This document shows positions 31,287 to 41,669 of a stretch of 64,000 bases of DNA, in pieces. The position numbers and the translations under genes are program-made. Origin of the DNA: a bacterium (GTDB lineage Bacteria; CLD3; SB21). Under the pieces are notes generated by a model. That model ran no database searches. It saw nothing but the letters and a program-made list of their open reading frames with translations, and was not told the origin of the DNA. Numbering within the stretch: the first letter of the stretch is position 1; every line of letters begins with the position of its first letter. Location: NCBI GenBank assembly GCA_019695335.1, contig JAIBAF010000003.1, positions 51,307-115,306 of the forward strand, read 5' to 3'.

Positions 31287-31513
31287 TTACAGGTTAACTT
31301 ATAAATTCATAAAAAACAATAAAGACAAAATGTTGAGTAATATATTCAATGGAGCGTAAAAAATCAAGTTCATTCTATCCTCCAAAACATTTATTTCCAT
31401 GCTTTTGTTTATCGTAAATGAATAACAAAGGATAGATTGCATCATGTAAATAATTTATGATTGCATTTGAACAATACTGGATATATATTCAAAAAAATAA
31501 AGAGGAGTCTATA

Positions 31514-33679
31514 ATGAACACGCAAGTAAAGGGGGGAGTGGTTTGTTTTTTCATAATGGTGCTCATTGTCACTAATAGCCATTCATTAATGAGCCAAAAG
31601 CAGCTTGATACTCAAGATTCATCATTGATTTCATTGAAAAACGCTGCAGTTTTAGAATTAAAAAGTTATGAAGAACTTACTGGTGCTTTAAAATTTCTTG
31701 CAAAGTTGTTTGGAGATAAGTTAAAAAATGCAGATAAAAACCTTAAAATTGTTTTAGAAAAGAACTCTGAAGATATTGAAGGCTTGTTTTTAAAAGGTAT
31801 TCTTCTGCGATTTAAAGGTGATTTAGATGAATCTGAAAATTTATTTAAACGAGTGATTTCCAAGGATGATCGTTATGTGGCTTTTGATTTTCCCAATGTC
31901 TGGCTTCAATTAGGGTATCTTTATAAAGAGGAAAAAAAATATGAATTGGCTGTGGATGCCTTTAAGCAGGGCGCAATCATTAATCTACAAGATACATGGC
32001 CTCTGATTGAATTATCGTTAGTTTTTATTGAAATGAATCGTCCAGAAGAAGCCAGTGAGGCTTTCAATGCAGGGCTGAATGAGATTAAAAATATTAAATT
32101 AATTAATAAATTATTCATTGATGTGCAAGATATAGCAACGAAATTTGAGTTGGCTCAATGGGATAGTTTAAATTCAGACAATGAGAAACTCCAATTTCTA
32201 AAAACCTTTTGGAAGAAGAGGGACCCCAATCCAATCGATCCCGTCAATCAGAGATTGATCGAGCATTATAAACGCTTGACTTATGCCCGTCAAAGTTATG
32301 GACGTCCTTTGAAACCATGGTATGATGATCGAGGATTGGTTTATGTAAGATTAGGTAAACCAGATCGTGTTTATTTTGGTAAACCAAAACAAGATGTTAG
32401 AGAGAATGAGTCTTGGTTGTACGATAATATCAAGGCTGGATTGCACTTTGATTTCGTTGAGTTTAACGGTAATTATGAGTTAAGATCTTTATTGGACGCA
32501 GCTGAAAAATCGGCTAGTATGGAAGAAATCATCAGTATCTTTGAAGAACGTTCAATGTTGCATTCCTATTATCAGGAAATGTACCAAAAAATAAGGACAC
32601 AGGCCGATGTACAAAGAGGACGAGCTGAGGAACAACTAAATAACTTTTCTTATGGTGGTGGCGGGAATTTAAACTCAGCTTTTGAAAGGCTTGAACAATC
32701 GCAAATGGGGGTTCAATTTCTTGGAAATAATACTTATCAACAGGATTATATCGGTAATCAGGTATTTGCTCAGCAGAATCAACATTTTGTTTTTGATTTT
32801 GGCGCGCCACATTTGCCGATGAATGTCAATTTTGCATCCTTTAAAGGATCAACAAAGAACTCACGTCTCGAATTTTATTTTATCGTTCCTTTCGAAAAAC
32901 TCAGTTTTATACCCGATAAAAATCAGTTCGAAAAATACTCATCAAATTTAAAACTAAACCTCAAGATATATGACACTAAATACAATGAGATTACATCGAC
33001 CGAACGCGAAGTGACCGTTAATTCAAATGCAACGGAATTAAAAACTCATTTTTATTTAGATCAGATCGAACATGAACTCTCGCCTGGCAAATATGTCATG
33101 GCCGTTGAGGTACGGAATAATGAAAAAGATCGTGTTGGGATTTATCAGTTCGTAGTGTCAGTTCGAGATTATAGCGCCGATACTCTGACGGTAAGCGATA
33201 TTGAGTTAGCCCAGTATGTTGACAATACTCTGGTAAAAGATAAATTTGTAAAACCACAAAGTACCTTAAAAGTAGTTCCTAATCCTGCCGCAGGAATCCT
33301 AAAAAATAAACCTCTAACCGTTTATTATGAGGTTTACAATCTCACGGTGAACAACGAAGGCAAAAGTTCATACCAGGTTTCTTATTCAATCAAAATGCTC
33401 GATACCGATCAAAGCTTTTTAAGTTCAATCGCTGGTATTTTTTCTTCAAGCAAAGATGCTTCCACAACGTCCGTTACAGTGAAAGAAGGTAAATCGACTT
33501 CCGAAAAAGAATATATTGGATTTGACATCAGTGAATTGCCTAAAGGTGTCGCTAGACTAGAAATTAAAGTAAAAGATTTATTATCCAATAAAGAAACGGT
33601 CAGTGGCATCAACTTGACAATTGTTGAAGACGAAAAAGCCACTTCTATTTCCAAATCGAATGAAGAAAATCAAAATTAA
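31514..33679 (+). CDS. Secreted GWxTD-domain protein (N-terminal TPR-like region)
   Basis: Signal peptide after the ATG at 31514, with AAGAGGAG upstream. GWxTD-like core 'KPWYDDRGLVYVRLGKPDRVYFG...WLYDN...LHFDFVEFNG'. Its stop overlaps the next start (TAATG). Confidence 0.6.
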   Translation: MNTQVKGGVVCFFIMVLIVTNSHSLMSQKQLDTQDSSLISLKNAAVLELKSYEELTGALKFLAKLFGDKLKNADKNLKIVLEKNSEDIEGLFLKGILLRFKGDLDESENLFKRVISKDDRYVAFDFPNVWLQLGYLYKEEKKYELAVDAFKQGAIINLQDTWPLIELSLVFIEMNRPEEASEAFNAGLNEIKNIKLINKLFIDVQDIATKFELAQWDSLNSDNEKLQFLKTFWKKRDPNPIDPVNQRLIEHYKRLTYARQSYGRPLKPWYDDRGLVYVRLGKPDRVYFGKPKQDVRENESWLYDNIKAGLHFDFVEFNGNYELRSLLDAAEKSASMEEIISIFEERSMLHSYYQEMYQKIRTQADVQRGRAEEQLNNFSYGGGGNLNSAFERLEQSQMGVQFLGNNTYQQDYIGNQVFAQQNQHFVFDFGAPHLPMNVNFASFKGSTKNSRLEFYFIVPFEKLSFIPDKNQFEKYSSNLKLNLKIYDTKYNEITSTEREVTVNSNATELKTHFYLDQIEHELSPGKYVMAVEVRNNEKDRVGIYQFVVSVRDYSADTLTVSDIELAQYVDNTLVKDKFVKPQSTLKVVPNPAAGILKNKPLTVYYEVYNLTVNNEGKSSYQVSYSIKMLDTDQSFLSSIAGIFSSSKDASTTSVTVKEGKSTSEKEYIGFDISELPKGVARLEIKVKDLLSNKETVSGINLTIVEDEKATSISKSNEENQN

Positions 33680-34596
33680 TGAAAATTTTATTTTCGATAG
33701 GTTGGTTTTTGTACATTAGTTTTAACGTTTATGGGGGCGATGAAAAATCAGATTCTCCAACGACATTTTTTGTAGCCGGAGAATCATTTTCAACTCAATT
33801 GTGGTATAACGTTTACAACTTACAAACCTCATCGAGCGTAGTATCAACTCAGCCAAAATCAGTAAAGGCAGCTCTTGGACTCTCGCTGTTATTTCCGGGT
33901 GCAGGAGAAATTTATGCCGAAAATGGACGTGAAAGTCTAATTAAAGGCGCTGCATTTGCTGCAATCGAAATTACAGGCTGGCTGCTTTATTTTCACTATA
34001 AGGATAAGGGAAATTCTCTTGAGAAGAAATATAAGCGTTATGCTGATGAAAATTGGGATATCAACGATTATCTTGATTTTCTGGAGCGAACTTTATCCAA
34101 CTATGATGCCGGAGAATTAGGACGTTGGAATGGCAATTATGTCAACGGCCAATTTGATGGTATTGATTTCGATAAATTAGTAGCAGCTGAAAATGAATGG
34201 CATGAATTGACCAATGGAGCCCATTCGATACCTCATTCAAAAACCCAGCAATATTATGAAATGATTTACAAATATCCTGTTCAATTTGGTCAGGGATGGT
34301 CGGATGCCGATCCCAATGCTATTACCGCTGAAGGTTTGTCAGGATATGATTATACTAACCTAACTTCCAATATGCTGTACTACCGTGGACTGCGAAACAG
34401 AAGTAATTCCAACTTGCAGAACGCCACAACTATGACCAGTCTTTTTCTGGCTAATCGTTTTCTAAGTATGATCGATGCAGTCTGGACAGTCAAACGCAAA
34501 AACAAAGAATCAAAAGTGGAAATAGGATTTCGCGTCAGGAACGGTTGGATCAATGAGCAATTCGTGATGATGCCGACGGTACAATTTACTTTCTAA
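33679..34596 (+). CDS. Hypothetical secreted protein, possibly an outer-membrane beta-barrel
   Basis: Has a signal peptide and a C-terminal 'TVQFTF' with a terminal aromatic. It is translationally coupled to the GWxTD gene. Confidence 0.55.
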   Translation: MKILFSIGWFLYISFNVYGGDEKSDSPTTFFVAGESFSTQLWYNVYNLQTSSSVVSTQPKSVKAALGLSLLFPGAGEIYAENGRESLIKGAAFAAIEITGWLLYFHYKDKGNSLEKKYKRYADENWDINDYLDFLERTLSNYDAGELGRWNGNYVNGQFDGIDFDKLVAAENEWHELTNGAHSIPHSKTQQYYEMIYKYPVQFGQGWSDADPNAITAEGLSGYDYTNLTSNMLYYRGLRNRSNSNLQNATTMTSLFLANRFLSMIDAVWTVKRKNKESKVEIGFRVRNGWINEQFVMMPTVQFTF

Positions 34597-34610
34597 CTTT
34601 AAGGTGTTTT

Positions 34611-35072
34611 ATGACGATCGAAGGAAATTACTCAGCCGCGAATCATAAATTTGCAATTATAGTAAGCCGATTCAATAATTTCATCACTGATAAGCTCTTA
34701 GAAGGCGCTATCGATTGTATTACACGTCATGATGGCACGGCCGATAAAATTGATATCATCAAAGTACCCGGTTCATTTGAAATTCCAGTAACAGCGCATA
34801 AGATCGCTCTCTCAAAAAAATACGATGCCATCATATGTCTGGGAGCCGTTATTCGTGGACAGACATCGCATTTTGATTATGTTGCAGGCGAGGCGGCGAA
34901 AGGCGTGGGTCAAGTGGGTTTGTTGACAGGAATCCCGACAATTTTTGGAATTCTTACGACGGATTCCATCGAAGAAGCAATCGAAAGGGCAGGCACTAAG
35001 AGCGGTAACAAAGGCTGGGATGCAGCTTTGTCGGCGATAGAAATGGCCAACCTTTTCAAAAAATTGTCATAG
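34611..35072 (+). CDS. ribH: 6,7-dimethyl-8-ribityllumazine synthase
   Basis: 153 aa. '[21 protein letters not shown]...VPGSFEIPV...[14 protein letters not shown]' matches RibH. Confidence 0.92.
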   Translation: MTIEGNYSAANHKFAIIVSRFNNFITDKLLEGAIDCITRHDGTADKIDIIKVPGSFEIPVTAHKIALSKKYDAIICLGAVIRGQTSHFDYVAGEAAKGVGQVGLLTGIPTIFGILTTDSIEEAIERAGTKSGNKGWDAALSAIEMANLFKKLS

Positions 35073-35137
35073 ATTTTATTCATTTTCTTTGTAAATTCTC
35101 ACCGAAATTTTTCCATCCTTCAGCTTTCTGTCGAGCA

Positions 35138-36838
35138 ATGCTAACATTGTTGTACATAAAAAATTTTGCGCTTATTGAAGAAGCGGAAATAACTTTTGAA
35201 AACGGATTAAACATCATTACCGGCGAGACAGGTGCCGGAAAATCGATTTTAATCGGCGCTTTATCGTTGATTTTAGGCGAACGGGCGAGTACAGACTCTA
35301 TTCGAACCGGTTCAGAGCGTGCAATCATTGAAGGTCATTTTCAAATTACAAAAAATGCCAAGCTAAAAAAATTCATACGCGAACAGGATATTGAGATTTC
35401 AGATGACTCCATCGTGCTTCGGAGGGAAATTTCGGCTAAAGGACAAAGCCGTTGTTTTGTCAATGATAATTTGATCACCAATAGCGTTTTAAATTCAATC
35501 GGAGACCTTTTGGTTGATCTCCACGGCCAACATGAGCATCAATACTTACTTCGCCAGGAAGTACATATTGACATTCTGGATGAATTTGCCCGCCTGGAAG
35601 TTTCAGCGAATGAAGTTGCGGATCAGTACAAGAAAATCTCAGACCTCAATAAGAAAATTCAGGAAATCAGCTCTCAAAAAGAATCCTATAAAGAAAAGCA
35701 TGAGATTTATTCTCATCAGTTAAAAGAAATTACAGATGTAGCGCCTGAACCAAACGAGGATGAACAATTGCTGCAGGAAGAAAAGATATCAGGTAATTCT
35801 GAAAGACTATTTGAACTGACGAAAAAAATTTTTGATATCTTATATGAAGCCGAAAATGCAATGATTGGTAATCTGGCAAGTATCGAAAATGATTTTAACG
35901 AACTCAAATCCATTGACAGCAAATTTTCAGACGTTGCAGAACAATTTCAAACAGCCAAAATTACTATTGAAGAAACTGCCCGTTGGATAGGTGATTACAA
36001 TCATCATATAAGCTTTGATCCGGAAAGATTGGAAGCTATTCGTGAACGATTATCTAAAATTCAAAGATTAAAGAAGAAATACGGATCAATTGAAGATGTT
36101 CTTTTGAAAAAAACGGAATTGGAAGAACAGATCAACCTATCGGAAAATTTTGACGCCGAATTACAGAAACTAATGCAACAACTCCAAAAAGACGTTCAAC
36201 TTTATATCGAAAAAGCTTTAGACATTTCCCAAGCACGCAAAAAAGCCGCAAATAAATTAGAAAAGCTTGTGGTTGATGAAATGAAAAAGCTTGGAATGGA
36301 AAACGCTGTATTTAATGTTCACATTGATACAATTACCGATTCTCAAAGTATTGTAAAGATAAAAGGGGAACCCATCAAAGCAACTTCTAAAGGGATCGAT
36401 CATGTTGAATTTTTCTTGAGCACCAATTTAGGAGAAAATCCTAAACCTTTAATAAAAGTTGCATCCGGCGGGGAAATTTCGAGAATTATGTTAAGTTTGA
36501 AAACGGCATTGGCAGAATCGGATCAAATTCCTACCCTCATATTCGATGAAATCGATGTCGGAATATCGGGAAGAGTTGCCCAATCGGTCGGTAAAGCTTT
36601 ATATGCGCTGGCTCAATCCCACCAGACCATTTGTATAACGCATCTGCCACAAATCGCCAGTATGTCTCAATGTCATTTCTCAGTTCATAAATCCACTCAT
36701 GGTAACAAAACGCAGACCCGTATCACTAAATTGAACGCTGAACAGAAAATTCATGAAGTAGCTAAGCTTCTAGGCGGGGAAACAGTAACTGAAGCAACTT
36801 TGGAAAATGCCAGAGAGTTGGTTGATGCTGTAAAGTAA
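35138..36838 (+). CDS. recN: DNA repair protein RecN
   Basis: 566 aa with Walker A 'GETGAGKSIL', a coiled-coil middle, and a C-terminal signature/Walker B 'LIFDEIDVGISG'. Confidence 0.92.
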   Translation: MLTLLYIKNFALIEEAEITFENGLNIITGETGAGKSILIGALSLILGERASTDSIRTGSERAIIEGHFQITKNAKLKKFIREQDIEISDDSIVLRREISAKGQSRCFVNDNLITNSVLNSIGDLLVDLHGQHEHQYLLRQEVHIDILDEFARLEVSANEVADQYKKISDLNKKIQEISSQKESYKEKHEIYSHQLKEITDVAPEPNEDEQLLQEEKISGNSERLFELTKKIFDILYEAENAMIGNLASIENDFNELKSIDSKFSDVAEQFQTAKITIEETARWIGDYNHHISFDPERLEAIRERLSKIQRLKKKYGSIEDVLLKKTELEEQINLSENFDAELQKLMQQLQKDVQLYIEKALDISQARKKAANKLEKLVVDEMKKLGMENAVFNVHIDTITDSQSIVKIKGEPIKATSKGIDHVEFFLSTNLGENPKPLIKVASGGEISRIMLSLKTALAESDQIPTLIFDEIDVGISGRVAQSVGKALYALAQSHQTICITHLPQIASMSQCHFSVHKSTHGNKTQTRITKLNAEQKIHEVAKLLGGETVTEATLENARELVDAVK

Positions 36839-36876
36839 TTACTCTACATCAATTTTTTAATATTTTTAGAATTATC

Positions 36877-37518
36877 ATGATCCAGTTAAAGTTTTTGTTT
36901 AAAAACCTGAAGTTATTGATTCAACCAATAATTCTATGCATTGCAATTCTGATTGGATGTCAGAAGGTAATGACGACTGTGCCACCTACTGAAATTGAAG
37001 ATCTTTTAAAAAGACGTACCGAGAAAGACGCCTATTTTTTAGGCGCGGAATCGCCGTTAAGTGACAGTCTAAAAAAACATTTTCACGGATTGAATTATTT
37101 CCCCGAAGATTCTACATATCGTTTTTGGATTAAACTGAATAAATATGACAACCCCCGTGAGCTTGAAATGTTGACGTCAAAGGGAAAACGAAAACACTAT
37201 ATTGAATACGGCTATTTTGAATTTGAGTTAAACGGAACTGTCAATCGGCTGAATGTGTTTAAGGCCAACCCTCCTATTGAAGGCCATGAAAATTATCTGT
37301 TCATTCCTTTTAAAGATGCAACTACGGGAAAAGAAACATACGATGCAGGTCGTTATTTGGATTTAGAAGAAAAGCCCGATGATAGGTACGTTTTGGATTT
37401 TAATCTGGCCTATAATCCGTGGTGTGCATACAGTAATAACTACAACTGTCCTTACCCTCCTAAAGAAAACCTACTTTCAATTGAGATCCGCGCCGGTGAA
37501 AAGCGTTTTGAACATTAG
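36877..37518 (+). CDS. DUF1684-family lipoprotein
   Basis: Lipobox 'LIGC'. It carries the conserved DUF1684 C-terminal motif 'AYNPWCAYSNNYNCPYPPKEN'. Confidence 0.7.
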   Translation: MIQLKFLFKNLKLLIQPIILCIAILIGCQKVMTTVPPTEIEDLLKRRTEKDAYFLGAESPLSDSLKKHFHGLNYFPEDSTYRFWIKLNKYDNPRELEMLTSKGKRKHYIEYGYFEFELNGTVNRLNVFKANPPIEGHENYLFIPFKDATTGKETYDAGRYLDLEEKPDDRYVLDFNLAYNPWCAYSNNYNCPYPPKENLLSIEIRAGEKRFEH

Positions 37519-38762
37519 TTTTGTTTGTTCTTTTCTATGCACCGTACGGTGTCGCGAGCGATTAAAAGTTCTTCATTTGTCGGGATCACCCAAAGTGTAA
37601 CTTTTGATTCGGATGCAGAGAATTTGCCTTCTTTTCCGGCATTGAGATTCTTATTGGCATTTTGATCCGGTTTCACTCCAAACCAATCCAGGCCTTCACA
37701 TATTTTTTGACGTATCCTGTCTGAATTTTCACCGATGCCGCCCGTAAAAACTATCCCATCAATCCCGCCCATTGTTGCTGCATATGCGCCAATGTATTTT
37801 CTGACACGATAACAGAAAATTTCAATGGCGAGTTTTGCACGGCGATCATCATGTTCATCGGCTTCAGCTATTAATTCTCGCATATCATTAGTTAAACCCG
37901 AAATACCCAAAAGCCCCGATTGTTTGTTAAAAATTGTTTCGACCTCGGCAAGCGAATAACCTTCTTTCAATGTTAAAAATTGAATGATTGCCGGATCCAA
38001 ATCACCGGATCGTGTACCCATAACCAATCCCTCAAGCGGCGTCATACCCATGGATGTATCAAAAGATTTTCCGTTTTTAATCGCACAAATCGAACAGCCA
38101 TTTCCAAGATGCAATGTGATGAGATTAACTTTGTCTTTTTCAATGTGATTGATAGTGCGGTAGCGATAGGCGACGTACCGGTGAGAAGTACCGTGAAATC
38201 CATAGCGACGTATTTTATAACGGCGATACAATTGGTAGGGAATGGCGTACAGATATGCATAATCGGGAATTGTATGATGAAATGCCGTATCAAATACTGC
38301 AACTTGCTTGATACCTTTACCGAAAATTTCCTGAACGGCATAGATGCCTTTCAGATTCGCTGGATTGTGTAATGGAGCCAGTTCAATACAATCTTCAATT
38401 TCTCTGATCACAGCATCGTCGAGCAAAACCGATGCGGTTAAAGTTTCACCTCCGTGAACGACTCTATGCCCGACGGCGTGGATATCGGTGAGGGATTTGA
38501 TCGTACTGAGATTAGCTTCTTTTGAAACGATCCACTTGATAATTTTGTCGACGGCGATTTTATGATCGCGGATTGGAGCGGTTTGTTTATAAGTTGCTTC
38601 CGTCTCATGAACACGAAATGTAATAATTGATTCACTGCCTATCCGATCAATTAAACCGGAAGCGATTTTCCGATCGGCATTTTTTTCGATAAGCTCTAGA
38701 TTCGTTTCGATAACTTGAAATTTCACCGAAGAACTACCCGTATTCAATACAAGAATATTCAT
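37515..38762 (-). CDS. ackA: Acetate kinase
   Basis: 'MNILVLNTGSSSVKFQV' and 'AVGHRVVHGG' are acetokinase signatures. Confidence 0.92.
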   Translation of the reverse strand: MNILVLNTGSSSVKFQVIETNLELIEKNADRKIASGLIDRIGSESIITFRVHETEATYKQTAPIRDHKIAVDKIIKWIVSKEANLSTIKSLTDIHAVGHRVVHGGETLTASVLLDDAVIREIEDCIELAPLHNPANLKGIYAVQEIFGKGIKQVAVFDTAFHHTIPDYAYLYAIPYQLYRRYKIRRYGFHGTSHRYVAYRYRTINHIEKDKVNLITLHLGNGCSICAIKNGKSFDTSMGMTPLEGLVMGTRSGDLDPAIIQFLTLKEGYSLAEVETIFNKQSGLLGISGLTNDMRELIAEADEHDDRRAKLAIEIFCYRVRKYIGAYAATMGGIDGIVFTGGIGENSDRIRQKICEGLDWFGVKPDQNANKNLNAGKEGKFSASESKVTLWVIPTNEELLIARDTVRCIEKNKQN

Positions 38763-38790
38763 AACTCACCCGTAGGATTTTATTGTAGGA

Positions 38791-40002
38791 CTAGTCTTTA
38801 TAAGGATCAAACACATCTTCACCGGCCATAGCTACACCGATGGGGCGAAGAACATATAAAATTTTGATAGAATTCTGGTGTTCATTGAGGACTTCATTCA
38901 ATCGTCGGTAGCAATGGGGAGATTCATCTACACCGGCGCCGCGTAACTCCACGCCTTTTTCTTTAATCCACGAAAGCATCATACCATCGCTTACTTCACC
39001 GCCACTGCGCACACGGTGGCCTCTTTTGTTTTTGTGCCATTTACCGGCAGCAGCGCGACGGCTCATGACACGGCCGGCCCCATGCACCGTCGAATAAAAT
39101 GATAACTGGCTTTCCTGATGTTCAATTCCTTCAATAATAACCGAATTATCGCCCATAGAACCGCCAATAAAGCCTTTTTGACCGGGAAATGCCGGCGTTG
39201 CGCCTTTACGTACGACAATTAGTTTCTCGCCATTATGGCTTTCTTCCCATGCGAAATTATGGTGATTATGAATTTGTTCGAGTGGCTTTGCGCCAAGAAT
39301 TTTTAAAACCCGATCACACACCCAATCGCGTCCGGCATAAGCATAACGTCCCGCAAGTTCCATACATTGCCAATAATCCTGGCCGAGCTGTGACCGCAAA
39401 TCGAGAACAGTTGCCGGTGCATCCATATTTTCACCACGAGGTGAATCTTCAAATTTCCTTCCGTGCGCGAGATTCATAAAACCTGTTGCAATTCTGTGTC
39501 CTAAACCTCTCGATCCAAAATGATCAGCTACCCAAATCTGATCGTCTTGGTCCACCAAAATATCGATAAAATGATTGCCGCTACCAACCGTTCCTAATTG
39601 GGCTTCAGCCAGACTTCTAAACTTCTTGAGATAAGGAATTTCACGCCAGACAGGCAAGTCAAACAACGGATCATCGACTTTTTCTTCATTCACCCTGCCA
39701 ATTCCAAAACTGATTCGACTGAATATCTCATCCATGATGGATTTGATATTATGACGAATATCACTGTGCGTCAGATCAGTTTTAATTGCTTTGTTTCCAC
39801 AGGAAATGTCATAACCGACGCCCGATGGAGATACTTTGTTACGGTACGCCACAACGCCGCCGATCGGCATTGAATAACCTTTATGATGATCGGCCATCAA
39901 AGCTGCGCCGGCAACACTCTCATCTTTGGCGCACGTCAGAATTTGTCTTAAGGCGTTTTCATCAGGAGTGTTCCAGACAGGTATTTTATTAATAATTTTC
40001 AT
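38791..40002 (-). CDS. rtcB: RtcB-family RNA-splicing ligase
   Basis: 'VRKGATPAF...GSMGDNS' and 'HGAGRVMSR' are RtcB motifs. The start at M 'MKIINKIP' (40002) is preferred over the track start at 40062. Confidence 0.8.
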   Translation of the reverse strand: MKIINKIPVWNTPDENALRQILTCAKDESVAGAALMADHHKGYSMPIGGVVAYRNKVSPSGVGYDISCGNKAIKTDLTHSDIRHNIKSIMDEIFSRISFGIGRVNEEKVDDPLFDLPVWREIPYLKKFRSLAEAQLGTVGSGNHFIDILVDQDDQIWVADHFGSRGLGHRIATGFMNLAHGRKFEDSPRGENMDAPATVLDLRSQLGQDYWQCMELAGRYAYAGRDWVCDRVLKILGAKPLEQIHNHHNFAWEESHNGEKLIVVRKGATPAFPGQKGFIGGSMGDNSVIIEGIEHQESQLSFYSTVHGAGRVMSRRAAAGKWHKNKRGHRVRSGGEVSDGMMLSWIKEKGVELRGAGVDESPHCYRRLNEVLNEHQNSIKILYVLRPIGVAMAGEDVFDPYKD

Positions 40003-40137
40003 TGTATTTTTTTCAATCAAAAGAAAATACGCAATTAATCTTTGAAATACAATCGGGCGCATGCTGGTAAACTCTCAACTTGATTAAATAATGAACCAGA
40101 CATATCTTGTTATTAATAATAATCTAACGAGTACTAC

Positions 40138-41574
40138 GTGAATATTTCCTTTATAGACAACTTGATTCATTATAATGTGCATGAGATTGATGCATTTTAT
40201 AAAGAGACACCCGATGCAGTTGAAGAATTTACAGTACAACAAAATCGATTAAATTTACGCAATGCTATAGTCTTTATCTGGATAGTAATTATCAGCCAAA
40301 TGATTGTGGGTATAGGGAGATTGGTCGGTGAGTGGGGATTTCCATACTATAATACTGCCTTGATTGGATTGTGTTTCTTGCTGTTGTGGCTTATTCGGGT
40401 TCCTTTTTTTATAAAAAACATTACTAACGTTGCTTTGATCCTTTTTTGCAGTTGGGCAATTACTTTTCCTTTTTTTATTATTCGATTGGGTGGATATAAT
40501 GCGCCCACATATCCAATTTATTGGCTGATGATCGTCTATATTCTTGTATTTTTTTATTTTTCAATTAAGCATTATCTCTTGTTGTTCGGAATTATTTTTC
40601 TGTCAAACATATCGATTTTTTTTCTGCACGCTGATTTCTCATTGGACGAATTTTTATACAGACAAGTTGTAATGTTATTGTTCGTTTCAGTCGGAATTGC
40701 CGGATCCTACATCAATGTTCATTTGCGAAAAAAAGATTTTTACAATCAATTTGTTCTCAAAAGTCAGAAGCAGCAATTACAGACAGCATATAAGCAACTG
40801 GAAGAAAAAGAACTTCAATTGATTCAATCTGAAAAAATGGCTTCGTTGGGGAAAATGACGGCAGGATTAGCTCATGAAATCAACAATCCATTGGGGTTTA
40901 TACATGGTAATCTACAAACAATCAACGACTATCTGAACGATATTAAAAAGCTTTTGGAGCTTTATGAACGACCTGGAAGCCGGAATGAAATCGAGGAATT
41001 TAAAAAAAGCATTCAATACGATTTTTTGCTAGACGATTTACATAAAACTGTTGAATCGTGTGAACGAGGATCTTCCAGAATCGCGACTATCGTAAATAAT
41101 TTAAAAAGCTTTTCACGACTTGATGAAGCCGAACAAAAAAAAGCTAATGTTGCTGACTGTGTTGAATCAGCATTGAACCAGGCATTAAGTAAAGATGCGG
41201 GAATAAAAATTTCCCGTAATTTTGACAAATTGCCTGAAATAGAATGTTATCCTTCACAATTGAATCAGGCTTTTTTTGCATTAATTCAAAATGCTGTTGA
41301 TGCAATAGGTTCGGCTGAAAACGGGCAAATTATACTTAAAGGATCTCTTGATAAGGATCGCCTTGTTATTGAAATTTCGGACAACGGCTTCGGAATTCCT
41401 GATGGCATACGTGAAAAAATATTTGATCCATTCTTCACGACCAAAAGCGTTGGCAAAGGCACGGGATTGGGTTTGTCAATGGCTTACGGCATTATCCAAA
41501 GACATCAGGGTCAAATCCACTTTACAAGTGTCACCGGAAAAGGGACTTCTTTTTTTGTAGAACTGCCTGTTTGA
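40138..41574 (+). CDS. Sensor histidine kinase with a polytopic (7TM-like) N-terminal membrane domain
   Basis: Multiple hydrophobic helices, then H-box '[10 protein letters not shown]' and the ATP-binding '[39 protein letters not shown]'. The start codon is GTG. Confidence 0.85.
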   Translation: MNISFIDNLIHYNVHEIDAFYKETPDAVEEFTVQQNRLNLRNAIVFIWIVIISQMIVGIGRLVGEWGFPYYNTALIGLCFLLLWLIRVPFFIKNITNVALILFCSWAITFPFFIIRLGGYNAPTYPIYWLMIVYILVFFYFSIKHYLLLFGIIFLSNISIFFLHADFSLDEFLYRQVVMLLFVSVGIAGSYINVHLRKKDFYNQFVLKSQKQQLQTAYKQLEEKELQLIQSEKMASLGKMTAGLAHEINNPLGFIHGNLQTINDYLNDIKKLLELYERPGSRNEIEEFKKSIQYDFLLDDLHKTVESCERGSSRIATIVNNLKSFSRLDEAEQKKANVADCVESALNQALSKDAGIKISRNFDKLPEIECYPSQLNQAFFALIQNAVDAIGSAENGQIILKGSLDKDRLVIEISDNGFGIPDGIREKIFDPFFTTKSVGKGTGLGLSMAYGIIQRHQGQIHFTSVTGKGTSFFVELPV

Positions 41575-41669
41575 AGCTTTTACAGCCTGTTTTCAATTTG
41601 ATTTAAGAGTTTTTCTTCTCTATATTAGCGCCATTCAAGTTCATTATATCTTAATTTGGAGAACATTCC

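Noticed and set aside
35080-35328. 82-aa minus-strand ORF overlapping the recN start
   Set aside because: It overlaps the conserved RecN Walker A region on the opposite strand and has no motif support.
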